This document shows, piece after piece, positions 23,419 to 35,912 of a stretch of 64,000 bases of DNA. The DNA is from Rhodosorus marinus CCMP1338 (Eukaryota; Plantae; Rhodophyta). Positions within the stretch are counted from its first letter, which is position 1. Each line of letters opens with the position of its first letter. The position numbers and the translations under genes are program-made. Below the pieces are notes generated by a model. It was not told the DNA's origin. It did not search any database and was given only the letters and a program-made list of their open reading frames with translations. The DNA is taken from NCBI GenBank assembly GCA_029953675.1, contig JAMWBK010000003.1:1612001-1676000 (forward strand), read 5' to 3'.

Positions 23419-26400
23419 ATGAGTACTTCAGCGTATTTATCACCTGTCACGCTGTTGGTGAAGACTTCCGGATTCACCAGCTCATTTCAAAGTCGATATC
23501 GTGGGCAACACCTTGTAGCTCAACGTTCCCTGAATGACCCAACGGCTGTTGTAAGGCAGGGTGTGCATCACGATGAAGTTCAAGATCCCAGGTCAGACGA
23601 GGACTTGGAAGTTGGAACAGGATTTACTCCGGATCAAGATAGCGGCGTCGACTCTGGCGGAACGGAGGATACCAGCGCAGAAACTGAATCTACACCCCAG
23701 TCTGTCGGACTTAAGTTAGTGGACGAGCTCGCCGCGTCCTCCGGAAACAGGGGCAAAGGGAAGAGAAGACGGGTGAGAGACCACGCAAACTGCGTTTGTA
23801 CCATATACTCCTAACGTTGCTTGCTCCTGGATGCGATGTAGGCTCAATCTGGTGTCATAAGAGCAGCAGATGCACGAGAAAGGTTACAACTACTTGTCTC
23901 CAAGCACGGAAAGGGAAAGGCCCTTAAGAAAGGATTGAGAAACGAGGCATCCAAAGAATTCACGGAGCTCATCGCCGCCTGTGGAAGAAGTGGCCTGTAC
24001 AAGCTCGGATTGGATGCTTATGAGGAGGCAGTTCGGTACGCCGTTTCATAAGTAGTTATTTCCACTGCACATTCTTAGACGTTGGCCTGTGTTAGGAATA
24101 TTGGTATGGATGCAGAGCTTGGGGCAGCTGCCTTCAGAGCAGCCCTATCGGCGAAGTACTTTTCCACTGTGAAACGAATCTACCAGTCCGCCTCACAGCA
24201 GGGAATTATATTTCCGGACAACATCTATTCCATTGCTGTGGGTGGACTGGTTCTGTGTGGCAGACTTGAGGAGGGCCTTGCAATGAAGTCAAGGCTCGAG
24301 AGTAGGGGAGGAAAACTGGAGCTTTTCGGCTACAATGCGATTATTGAGGTAATGAGCTCCAGCTTTATTGGTCTGATGGGAGAAGTCAGTTTTTTCGTGT
24401 CCTAGTCTGGGACTTACAGTGTTTTTTCTGGTTATGATATTAGCATCATGCGGCAAAGGGGGAGCTTAGGAAGGTGTTAGATGTGCTCGCTGAAGTAGAA
24501 GCAATTGGCCACAAGGTATCCCACCACACCGAATCCCTGGTGCTGCGAGCGGTGTTCAGAACTGGTCTTGGCTTGCCGGGATGCCTTGACTGGATAGAGG
24601 AGCATAACTTCGAAGTCTCAAGAGCAGCGCTTCAGGCAGTGCTAGAGGAGAGTCTTTCCCTTAATGATAGAAAAGGAGCCGCGGAAGTTTTGGAACTCAT
24701 GCGCAAGCATCGGAAGTGGGCAAGAGTGAGGACCTACAACGCGTTCATCGAACATTTCGCTGCTTCCAGTGACATTGAAGGAGCCATGAAGACTTTCAAG
24801 GCTTTGGCGGTAAAAGATCGCTTGCCGCATGTTGACGTCCAAAGGGAGGTATCAGCGCTGAACTTTTTGGCTACGTTTCCTCTTAGGTGGCGAATATTGT
24901 TCCTACCGCACAGTCTTATTTCTTGCTCGCTTTAGCCGCGGTCAACAGCGGTAAGCGGTTAGAAGAAGTTGAAGATATGTTCTTCCAGGGAGCCAGCGAG
25001 GGAGTCCAGAGTACCTACTTTTCATACAACACGCGTGCCATACTTGCAGCTAGAGCGGGAGAAGATGTCACACCGATATACCAGGAAATGTATGAGGAGG
25101 GTTTTGCTCCTGATGACACATCCTTCTACCACGCATTTGAATCAATGAGCCTCAGACCGGAGAAGGACATGGTGACCCATGCTCTTAGCTTACTCTCGTA
25201 AGGTTTCCCAGAAGCCACACCAACATAGCTTCTATCAAAGTTCACGAGTCTGAGACGGACTTCGCTTGTTTTCCAACTATCCAAGAATGATGGATCGTAT
25301 GGGACTTCTCGGAAGTCGGCGGTCGATGAATGCGCTTTTGAAAGTCCTTTGCAGAGCGGGAGCCGCAGTGCGGGCAGTTGAGCTTTACCAAAGCATGGTT
25401 ACCATGGGCGTAGAAGAAGAGACAATGGCGCCAGACTTTGAGACATACGAACTGGCGCTGCTGGCGTGCGGAAATGGGAAGCGGATGGACCTCGCAGTTG
25501 GCGTCTTTCGGGAGCTTGAACAAAGAAATATTCAACCTACTGTGGCTCTGTATTCTACGCTGGTCATGGTATGTTTCGTGCGAGTGCTGGACGGCTGAGG
25601 CCTGTCACGATGTCGAGCATGCATTTATTTCAATCTTGTTTTTTGTTATGCAAGGGCTTCGGAAACAGCAGCGATTTTGAAAGTGCCCTTGGAGTATGGA
25701 AGGAAATGAAGGAGAAAGGCTTGCGAGCGAACAGGACAGCTTACAAAAGGATGGTTGATGCCTGTTTGAAACATCCTCAAGGAATTGCGCATGCATGCAC
25801 TACGCTCGAGGAAATGACTGCGATGGGCTTCTCAATGGACAACGAGTACTACGACACCCTTCTGAAAGGCTATGGTCGCGCCAGGGAATTGGAAAAGGTT
25901 TGTGAATACCGCTCGAGATTCGTCATCTTCAACCTAGTTAAACGCTAACAGCAAGTCCTGTGTTGGTGCAGGTCGTTGCAAGGTTCCGGAATATCAATAG
26001 ACCGGGGCCTGAGGTTGGGGAGGTTACGCTTGGTGCGGTGCTGAACGTCTGTAACAATGAGGAGTCTTTACCCACGGCAGATGAAGCCATAGATCGGATG
26101 GTTAGCAGTGGTAAGGAGCCCGATCAGAGTTCATGGTGAATTCAAGCCAAGCGAAATCGAGCAAGTTCTGAAATCCTACCTCATCCAACTGTTTGCAGGT
26201 ATCCGCCCGACGCGGCAGATGATGGACTACTTGCAGAACGGAAAGTCTGTTGCGAAGAGCAAGAACAAGATAATGCAGGACGTCTTTGGTCCTTCAGGTG
26301 TGGATATCGTACGTGAGTACCTCCCCAAGCAGAAGAAGAAGTATGTGGAATTCGATGCACTGCTCGACGGCTCGTTGTCGGAGCAAGTTGAGGAACTGAG

Positions 26401-26536
26401 CGTTGAAGAGCTTCCAGCCCAGCCTGATGACCGGCAGAAGGAAATCGCAACAAGGGAGAAGGCTCTCGAAAGACCCGCAAGTGCGAACAAGAGGCGCTTG
26501 GGAAGAAAAAAGTTGAATAGTCGGCAACGTCCGTGA
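23419..26536 (+). CDS. Pentatricopeptide-repeat (PPR) protein, probably plastid-targeted, multi-exon
   Basis: Ser/Thr/Arg-rich N-terminus (MSTSAYLSPVTLLVKTSGFTSSFQSRYR). Many PPR motifs, e.g. RVRTYNAFIEHFA, PDFETYELALLACG, PTVALYSTLV, ANRTAYKRMVDAC and spliced MVSS/GIRPTRQMMDYL. Confidence 0.88.
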
Positions 26537-26659
26537 GTACGCGCTTTGTGGGCGAACGAGGTGTGAGCCTTTTTCGAGTGAAAATTTGGCGCGGATTCGA
26601 ACGGTTTAGCAACGAATGCCTGTATATTAGTTGTACTTTGCCTGTACAAAAAGCTTCCC

Positions 26660-29600
26660 CTAAGCAAAGGAGATGAGCTCCTGTTGCTTAACGCGGGAGA
26701 ACCCATCCGTGTCCTTGTAAACGAGATAATAAGAATCACAAATCTCACGTGAGCCCAGGAGCTCAATGAATTGTTCATCGTGAGTGATCAGAATCAGCTG
26801 GAAATTCGATTGCTTGCGCCGGTTGTTTATGATGTCCGCCAGGGATGCTGAGAGCTTCTCGATATTCCTTTGATCCAGATTCGTCGTAGGCTCGTCAAGT
26901 GCCAAAATCCCGCAATCAAACGCGAAGCTCTCCGCGAGTGCCAATCGAATGATCAAGCATGCAAGAACTTTCTGACCAGCAGAGCAACGACCCCTCATGT
27001 CAAGTAAAGCATCCCCCCTTCTCATCACGACCCTGTAGTTGTAGTTTCGCTTTGCAGGGGCAGATAATTTTACGCTCTCCGCGTTGTCCGCATCAGAGGC
27101 TATTTCAATGTAATCGATATCGTTTCCTTGGTACGTTGTTTGCCAGAGCTCTTTCACTGTCTTGTTGATTTCGGACATCTTCATGGTATGGTATGTCATA
27201 AGTGCGTGATCCAGCGCTCGGTGGTACTTTTCGAGGTCAGCGCTAGCGAGTTCTACGGTCTTCACATCAATGACTATCCTGTTGTACGCCTTATGACTGC
27301 CTTTCAGGTCGGCGCTCTTAATGTCTTCTCCAAGGGCGTCCAACCGGTGCTGAAATCCCTGCGATTTTCCTTCTGTGCTCATTCTTTGGGAATTCAGCTT
27401 GTTAAGTAAGCTGAGAGTCTACAACGATCACAAAACTTTCATTAGCGCTCTGAAATTTAGGTGAAGCTAGGCACGGAAAAGCGAGCCTACCTTTCGATGG
27501 TCCTCCTCAACGTGTCGCCCTTCCTCGATTTCTTCAATGTCAGATCGAGCTTTGACGATCTCGCTTTCAATTTCAGAAATCTGCCCTGCGATCTTTCGAT
27601 ATCGCAGGTTATCGTTCATATTTCGCATCATTTGCTCGAACTGAAGCGATTTGTCTGCGTCTGATCCATCGGATCCTTCAAGCTTCTTGAGCTCAGTGTT
27701 GAGCTCTTTGATCTTCTTGTCAACTTCTTGATATCTCAGCTCAAGTTGCTCGAGTTCGTCATCCTTCTCGGCTGTTGAATGCGATTGTATGCTCGCCTTT
27801 ATCTTCTTGAAAGATGATACTATATCTCTGAGAGAAGTCAGTTTTTCCCGGCTAAGCTTCTCCTCGTTTGTGAACTCTGTGAAACGTCAGGCACGAAGCT
27901 TAGGTTTGGTGGGCTACCGCGTGGACCTAGATCAGCTGGCGGGTTGTTCATATTACCATCCTCAAGGTCCCTTACTTGCTTTTTGGCCTTTCTCTCTTGT
28001 TCACTAACTTCAGTAAGTTCGTCCGCCAACGACTTCAATTTCAGCTGAAGGTCAGCTGCGGCGCTGGACAATTCAAGAACCTCCGTTTGCACTCGCTTTC
28101 GACCTTCGACCTTTGATACGTTGAAGGTTTCTGTTAAGGTCTTCTTAAGCGGGGCGTCGACTCCAAGTATGTTTGGCGTACCCCCACTTACCTGGTACTC
28201 AAGCTCTCGCAATTTTTCCTTCTGATTATTTATCGCTTTCTCACTGTTTGAAATTTCAACGAAATGCGCCTCTCTTTGCTGCTGTAATTTCTCGGATTCT
28301 TTGGCAAGCTTGTCGCTCTGCTCGTGGCAGGCCATGAGCTCCTCGTCAATGTCGGAAATTGTTCTGGCCAACTTCGATATTCCATGCCTTTTCCTTTCTT
28401 CATCCAAGTCCTTCTCGATTCTTTCACGCTCCTTTCTAAGAAGACCGAGCTCCTGTTGCAGTCGTTTCAGTTCATCAATTTCTTTTGCCCGTGAAGAAGC
28501 AAACGCGGCGTCAATTTCCCGAGCCCTTGCGGAACCAGCGAGCTTGGATAGCGCAGCAGCACGCCCGTCCCTGATCTTCCCTTCCTCCTCGAGTCTTCTA
28601 TCAAGAACCTTCTTTTCCTTGTACAAGGGTACTAGTTTTGCAAGGTTATCGTATTTGCTACGCTGACTCGCAGCAGCGCGCTCTTTCTGATTACACAACA
28701 GCGAATGCCTTCTTTAGAGTAGGAACTGGTGGGTGATGCTGGCGGACTTTATGACGTCCTTACCTCTGCAAGCTTCTCACCCAGACTTCTCTGCATACGC
28801 TTAGTCAGCGTTTTTATCAAAGCATCGAGGTCAATCGGAGACTCAAAGCCCCTAGTGCAAGTCGGGCAACATTCGGTCTCTTGACCGCGTTCTATCAGCG
28901 ACTTGATAAACTCTCCACCAAAACGCTGCATTCGTGCTTCCTCTAGCAGCTCCTCCGCTAGCTGTTTCTCCTTTTCCAGTTGGGTCTGCATCTGGTCGTA
29001 CATGAGCTGAGGGGTTCGGTGTACAGTCGACTCTTGTATCTTCTGGCTCACAAGATCAGCGTCCTCTGCAACAGTCAAACAAGGTATATACGAATCGAAG
29101 TGAGCCCGTCAAGAAATACTTCCCGGCTGAACGCCTCAGCGCATTGCTTTGATAAGAGCACAAGAGAACCTACTCTTGAGTTCGTCTACCCTAGAATTCA
29201 TGAAGTTGAGCTCAAATTCCTTCGCTCTCATAGATGCTTTCTCCTCTAAAATGGAAGCCTCTAGGTCACGCCATCCTTTGTCCATTTCCGCAATCGTTCT
29301 CGCAAGGAGTTCGTGAACAGCCGAAGACTCCTTTGAAGACGTGCCTTGGCTAACTGACTTCGCATAGGCCAGGATTTTCGAGTCTTTCACCTTAATTGCC
29401 TCCGTTTTCTCTTCGAGCTGCTCCTTGAGGAACTCAACTCTGGCTCGTGTGTCCTCAGATTGAGAGATTGTTCTTCGTTCATCATGTAAGGAAGAGATTT
29501 GGTTTCTCAGCTCATGCAGCATCCGTTGGTTTTCTTTGTGGGCACCATCCATGTGACTTGTGCCCTTCTGTTTCAATGAATCCAAAGAATCAGTTGCTCT

Positions 29601-31528
29601 TCTCAACCGCTCCTTCTCCACAACCAGCTCCTCCTCCGGATCTTCGGCACCTGAAACAGGGTCAGAAATGTGAGCCCTCAGGCATCCACAGCTGTAAGAG
29701 TAAGTGGGCTCTGAGTGAAAGACCTAACTCGTCGAAGTCCGCAAAGACTCTCGAAGCTTGAAAGCTGTTTGTCTTTTGTCAGCTAGCGATTCCTGGGTGT
29801 CCTTCATGGAAGTTTCCAGCTGCTTAATCTGCAGCTTGTCCTCGTTCAATTCGGCCTGGTAGGCGGAGAGTTTCTTTCTGTTCTCTTCCATTGAATTTTC
29901 GAATTCAGCTTCAGCTGTGCGTTGTTTCTGTAGTCAGAGAGCGCGGGAATCCAGGTTTAAGCACTGCACTCCTGTTGGTGAAGGACATCCTGTTTCTCCT
30001 GGCTCACCAATTCCAGCATCTTATCCCACATTTCGTCTGAATCCGTGTCAGCTAGAGCTTTCCCCTCGATGACGTTCTCCCCTCTACTGACGAGGTCCGT
30101 CTTCACACTCGCCATTTCTTCTTTCGTATCCGCGAGAATCAGCTCTAGCGCTTGCAAGCGACCCCGTTGGCCAGTGAGTAGCTTGTGCTGCTCCTGTAGC
30201 CTTTCGATATCTTTGCTTATCACCCTGATCTGATCCTGTCTAGTTGCTCTGGAAGTCTTTATACTCTCCAGCTTCATAGATCGCAAAGAAACCGCACTCA
30301 GCGCAAGACTGTTAGGCACGTGAACAGGTAGTTGACCCGACCTTACCTTTTCATTTGCTTGCTTGATCCAGTTCATCAACTCAGAGTCGTCGTCCTCCAA
30401 TTCGTCCTCTAGTTCAGAGAAAACATGTTGTTTCGCATCTTCCTTTGCTTGTTTCTGAGCTTCCATCTGCTGTACGCGTTCTTTGATCGTCTTCAGTCCG
30501 CGTAATTTCTCCTCGACCCCGTTCAAATCAGACTGCACAGTGGAGACTTGGTCCTCGAAGGACTTGACTTCATCATCCAGACGCTGCTTTTCTTCTTTGA
30601 CTTTGTCGTATTCGCTGGTCAGCTTTTCCGCTCGCTCTACCCTGTCCTGTTTGGTTGTAAAGAGATCAGGTAAGATCTAACAAGAAAAGGCCTAGTTGCA
30701 AGCAGGACTGGACGAATACTTACTTTCCACAACATCAGCTCTGCCTTTTTCTCCCGGACAATCGTTGAATGCTCCTTTCTTTGCTTTCTTATTGATTCAA
30801 GAGCCTTGGTGTATCTGGTAGAAGCGAAAATGTCATCAAACTTTTCCTTCAACTTTTTCCCATCGCCAAGGGGCCACATGCTCTCTTCCTGATGAACGAA
30901 AATCACATTTTCTAGAATCGCCTTCGAAACGCCCATGAGCTCAGGTACTGTCTTATTAACATCATTGCACCTGGTTTGATCGCGATTGAAGGTGAGCACC
31001 TGGTATCCTCAGCTTTCTCTGGATTCGCAAGGCGTACCGGTGGGAGATTGTCTGCTTTTCTCCGTGTTCATTTGTATATTGCAAGCTTTGCTCGACGGTC
31101 TTGAACTCCTGCCTTCGGGTAGCCTTGTTCGTAACCTGGCATGAACACATGCGTGGGGAAGCCACAAAGAGTTTCCTGTGTAAGAGGTTGGGTCGCGCGT
31201 GTTGATTTCTGAAAACGTCTCGGCAAACCTGAAACTGCCGATTCACAATGATTTTCTTGTTTGAAACATCGGTGAACTGTAATCTTATCTTAGCCTTTGT
31301 CTCTGTGGTGCTGGCAATCTTCGGATCGTGAATGAAAGCTCCTCCTTTGTCCGTGAACGGTGGAAGATCTCCTGTGCACGCCATCTTGATACATTCAATA
31401 ACCGTCGTCTTTCCAGCTCCATTATGTCCAAGAATGATAGTCAGCGGCTTAAAAAACCTCAACGTAACTTCGTTCTGCGGCTCAAAACTCCGTATTCCGG
31501 AGATTCCAATCTTGTCGATCGTTGTCAT
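26660..31528 (-). CDS. RAD50: DNA repair ATPase RAD50, multi-exon
   Basis: MTTIDKIGISGIRSF, Walker A GHNGAGKTTVIEC, zinc hook CPTC, long coiled coils, signature MRGRCSAGQKVLA, Walker B ALDEPTTNLD and LILITHD. Confidence 0.97.
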
Positions 31529-32557
31529 TGCCCATTTCACCCCCTACAGCTCTTGCGAAACTCCAGAGCTACGAGAGTAATCTACTCGCCTGATACCTTA
31601 GGAATAGATCCAACCATTTGTATATGAGGTCTTCCTCATTCCTACTCAGCGCTCTCAGATCTGTAGATCAACACCAGCAAAGTACATTGAGATCATTCAA
31701 AAACAACTTAAAAATGGAAGACAGAACCCATTACCAATTTTTAGTATATTTTCATTAGCCAGAGATACTAGGCTCATGATACCAGCGATTCGATTCATGA
31801 ACCAGAATCTGGTAATGAAACTGGAATCCTTATTGAAATAGCTTTTAATACGTTGTTTGTTGATATCGTTGAATTTTAGATCTTTTTGTTTTTGCCTGAA
31901 CTGCCGCGAGGGATGTTACTGTCAGGTTTGTCGTGGGACCGCAATGCTGGCTGGGGAGTGGAAGACGACGGGTGCCTTGATACTCTAATACCTTATAAAG
32001 AATACAGCTCGAAAGGTTGCCAGGATTGTTGAACTTTGGTTTTTATACACCGCAGTGGTGTTTAGCATGCGTGACCTGTTTTGATTGGCAACAATGAGAC
32101 CTCCGCTCCAAAATACCGGGTGTTTGCGGCTACGGAGTTACTATGCTAAAACATCGTAAGACTTGCCAGTCATCACGGCTACGATGTGGCGCTGTCGGCG
32201 CGCTTGGAAATTCACTTTGAATAAAAAACAACCATGGTCGGGACTCCCAGCAACTCATAGGAATTCTTAACTGGCCAAGGCATATCTGTCCACATGATCC
32301 TCGAAGAATAGATGCGCAGTGCCTTCACAAGGCGGCTTGCTATTGAAACACCCTTCCCGAGTAGCAAAGGATACGTAAGCGATGACCATATTTTGGGTGA
32401 AAGCCAGCAACTGCAAACGAGCACCAGTTATGCGTTTGTTATCTGTGGTTCTTGTTATTCTGAAGTATGTGTCATAGTGTTCTAACATGAAAACGGGACT
32501 TGCGGAGGACTAAAATTGGAGCCCAACTAAACTTCCCTGCGGATGGGTGGACTGCCT

Positions 32558-34782
32558 CTAGTACATCCCTTCCATTCCTCCCATTCCTCCCATTCCTCCA
32601 GCACCGCCACCCATCTCAGGTGCAGCCTTCTTGTCCTCCGGGTTCTGAACCACCATACATTCAGTAGTAGTCATAAGAGAACCTACACTCGCAGCTCTCT
32701 CGAGAGCTGTGCGGACGACCTGAAAAAAAATGATAAAGCGATTCAAGCAATTCAGCAGACAAACTAATGGCAAGCCGTGCAAGTCTGATGTAGCTACCTT
32801 AGTGGGGTCAATGATTCCGCTCTTGATGAGGTCCGTGTAGTTGTCTGTTGCAGCATCATATCCATAGCCGATATCCTTGCTCTGGGCTGTCAATAATTTC
32901 TCCACGACGACTGATCCCTCAACACCGGCGTTTTGGGCGATCGCCAAAGTTGGCACTCGGAGGGCCTTCCTAACAATGTCTATTCCAACATTTTGGTCGA
33001 AATTGTTTCCCTTAAGACCCTCAAGGGCCTCCTTCGAAGCTCTGAGAAGGGCCGTACCGCCACCGGGAACAATTCCCTGTGCGTACACAAGAGCTTCAGT
33101 AAGGGTACTCCTGCGGAGACACATGTAAGCGATCCCCCCACCTCTTCAACAGCCGCGCGGGTTGCGTTCAGTGCGTCCGTGAATCGGTCCTTCTTCTCCT
33201 TAACCTCTACTTCGGAATTGCCTCCAACCTTGATCACGGCTACACCACCGGACAGCTTTGCGAGCCGCTCTTGCAACTTTTCCTTTTCATATTCACTGCC
33301 GGAAGCGTCAATCGCTGTCTTGATGTTATCGCAACGTTCAGCAATTTCTTCTGCTTTTCCGGCTCCGTTCAGAATGATTGTATCATCCTTGGAAACAGTC
33401 ACCTTCTTGGCCTGCCCGAGAGCCTCAGCTCCCATGTCCTCAAGTTTCATATCGAGGTCATCGCTCGCAAGAGTAGCTCCGCTCATGACTGAGATATCTT
33501 GCAAGTTGGCCTTCCTATTGTCTCCAAATCCTGGGGCCTTAACGGCGACCACTTTCAAGCCTGTTTGACAACGAAAAGAAACGAGAGGCATCAGATACGT
33601 AGTTGCTTGACGGACTTCGCACAACGGTATTCAAGATATAACAACCTCCACGAAGCTTGTTGATGACTAGAGTTGCCAGGGCCTCGGACTCTACGTCCTC
33701 CGCAACGATCAGCAGAGGCGCTCCTTGCCGAGATATGGATTCCAGAATTGGGATCAGTTGCTGTGCGGATGAAATTTTCTTCTCCACAAGCAGAATATAG
33801 CAGTTCTCCATCTCAGCTTTCTGGGTTTTGGCGTCAGTGACAAAGTAGGGGGAAATGTATCCCCTGTCAAACTTCATTCCCTCAACAATTTCAAGCTCAT
33901 CTTCCGTCGTCTTGCCGTCAGATACGGTAATTGTTCCTGGCAGTTACATCAATTGTGAACCACCTGTGTCAGATAATTCGCCATACTGTACTTGGACAAC
34001 TGATTGAAGACAGGCGATTGCGAACCTTCCCGACCAACCTTCTCCATGGAATCTGCGATAAGGTTTCCAATCGACGCGTCGCCGTTCGCGGAGATTGTCG
34101 CCACCTAAGTGTGAAACAAATCCAAATGAGGCCCAAGCTTGCTTCATAGCTTCATGAAGGGTTCAACTTACGGAACTGATTTCCTCCTTCGAGTCGATCA
34201 TTCTGGTCATCGATTTCAGATGATCGAACACCTTGGCGCATGCCAGATCAATCCCCCTCTTCAGGTCCATAGGGTTCATTCCTGCGGCTACTGCTTTGAT
34301 GCCCTCAGAATAGATGGCTCTGGTAAGTACAGTGGCGGTAGTAGTTCCGTCACCAGCGATGTCATTGGTGGAGTTTGCCACCGACTTGACCAGTTCCGCT
34401 CCCAGATTCATATGTTTATCCCTGAAGTCTATGTTCTTCGCAACAGTTACGCCATCCTTAGTGATCTGCGGGCCACCGTATGACTTTTCGATGATGACAT
34501 TTCGTCCCTTCGGACCGAGTGTAACCTAAGCAGTATTAAAATCCAAGGTCAAGCTGTGAGGTACAACTCCCATATCAGATCCTCTTGACCTGACGGTTCC
34601 AGACTCACTTGCACTGCATCTGCTAGGGCGTCCACGCCCTTCAGCATCAGGTTTCTTGCCTCCGTGGAAAACCTTAGATCCTTCCCACTGCTCATCCCAC
34701 GAATAGCTCTAGCCTGAAACGACACACGCGTCGATTCACGAATCGACACGAGCCCAACTCTTCCAAGCGTCCTTCCAATCAT
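32558..34782 (-). CDS. HSP60: Mitochondrial chaperonin HSP60 (Cpn60), multi-exon
   Basis: Arg-rich presequence [10 protein letters not shown].., [56 protein letters not shown] and a GGM-repeat C-terminus. Confidence 0.97.
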
Positions 34783-35431
34783 CTCGTCGTGTGTTACAGC
34801 CGAAATGCAACCAGGCAACAACTCTATCCACCCAACAAAACCTCCAACAAAAGGTTTCTTACGAAGTAAACCCTCAGAAGTGAAGCAAGAGATCTAAACC
34901 AGCCTCAACAGCGCTCAGATCCCCATCCCCTCAAATCGCCGCTGATCACTGAACAAATCCCCCTCCCCATTCTTCCACCCCTAACGAACAATCACTTAAA
35001 AGGAACCAATCCAATACATTCATAAGAGTCACCATAATAATCAATCTAAATATCTATCATTAACGATGAATAGCGTTTTACATTTCTCTATTAGTAATCA
35101 AAAGATGTTAAATGATTGAATACAAGGTGACTTTAAACCATTGCTTTTTCCCAGCTATCAGCTGTCCAGTTCATAGTTTCCAATTCCATCTATTGGTACA
35201 AATGCTCTAAAATTATTAACTAAAAAGACATCTAGTGGGGACTTGAATTTACATAAATATTTGCCACTAGAACACCGACGACGTTCCAACAAGGACACCT
35301 GCCATATTTTGATTTGACAAAAGTTGGTCCGTTCAGCACGTCTTTTGACTAGCGGATTGAAAATCTGGACTTTTTGAGAGGATATTTTTTACCAATAATG
35401 AAAATCATTGTTTTTTAATGGATTGGCAAAG

Positions 35432-35446
35432 TTTCTCGAATTTTCC
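35432..35446. promoter_or_regulatory. 3-unit heat-shock element upstream of HSP60
   Basis: tTTCtcGAAttTTCc, about 650 bp upstream of the HSP60 ATG, flanked by CCAAT/ATTGG motifs. Confidence 0.55.
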
Positions 35447-35912
35447 ATTGCCAATGGCGAGAGGTTCGAGCTATTGAATATCTAACAGAGGGGTTAGAAG
35501 GACACGTGAAAAGAGCAGAAAAATACTTTTTCTGAATTTTATCCAATCCTCGGACATACTTCCTTGGATAATATAAGGAGGGTAGCAAAAGAAGTTAAAA
35601 GAGCTTCCTTCTCTCTTCCCCGCGAAAAAAAGGCGCTGATCAGGCGATGATTTCCATAGAAGAAAAAATTTCTGTGTCTTAAAAAATACTGCAATATATT
35701 ATATTGCGGTTTGTTCTCGAAGAGCTGTTTTAAGAGAGAATTTACTCTAAGGATGAAAACGAGGATTTCAGTGACAATAACTGGTATATTGAATATTGGA
35801 AATATTTAAGTAGCAACATGGAGGTGGCAGTTATTGTATTGGAAAAGTGGCCCAAATAGACATATTGCTTTTGTCTTTCGGAGCAGGATTGTGGGAGTGA
35901 ACTGCTGAGAGA

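Noticed and set aside
32212-32488. Short minus-strand ORFs just downstream of HSP60
   Set aside because: Probably the HSP60 3' UTR; no recognisable product.
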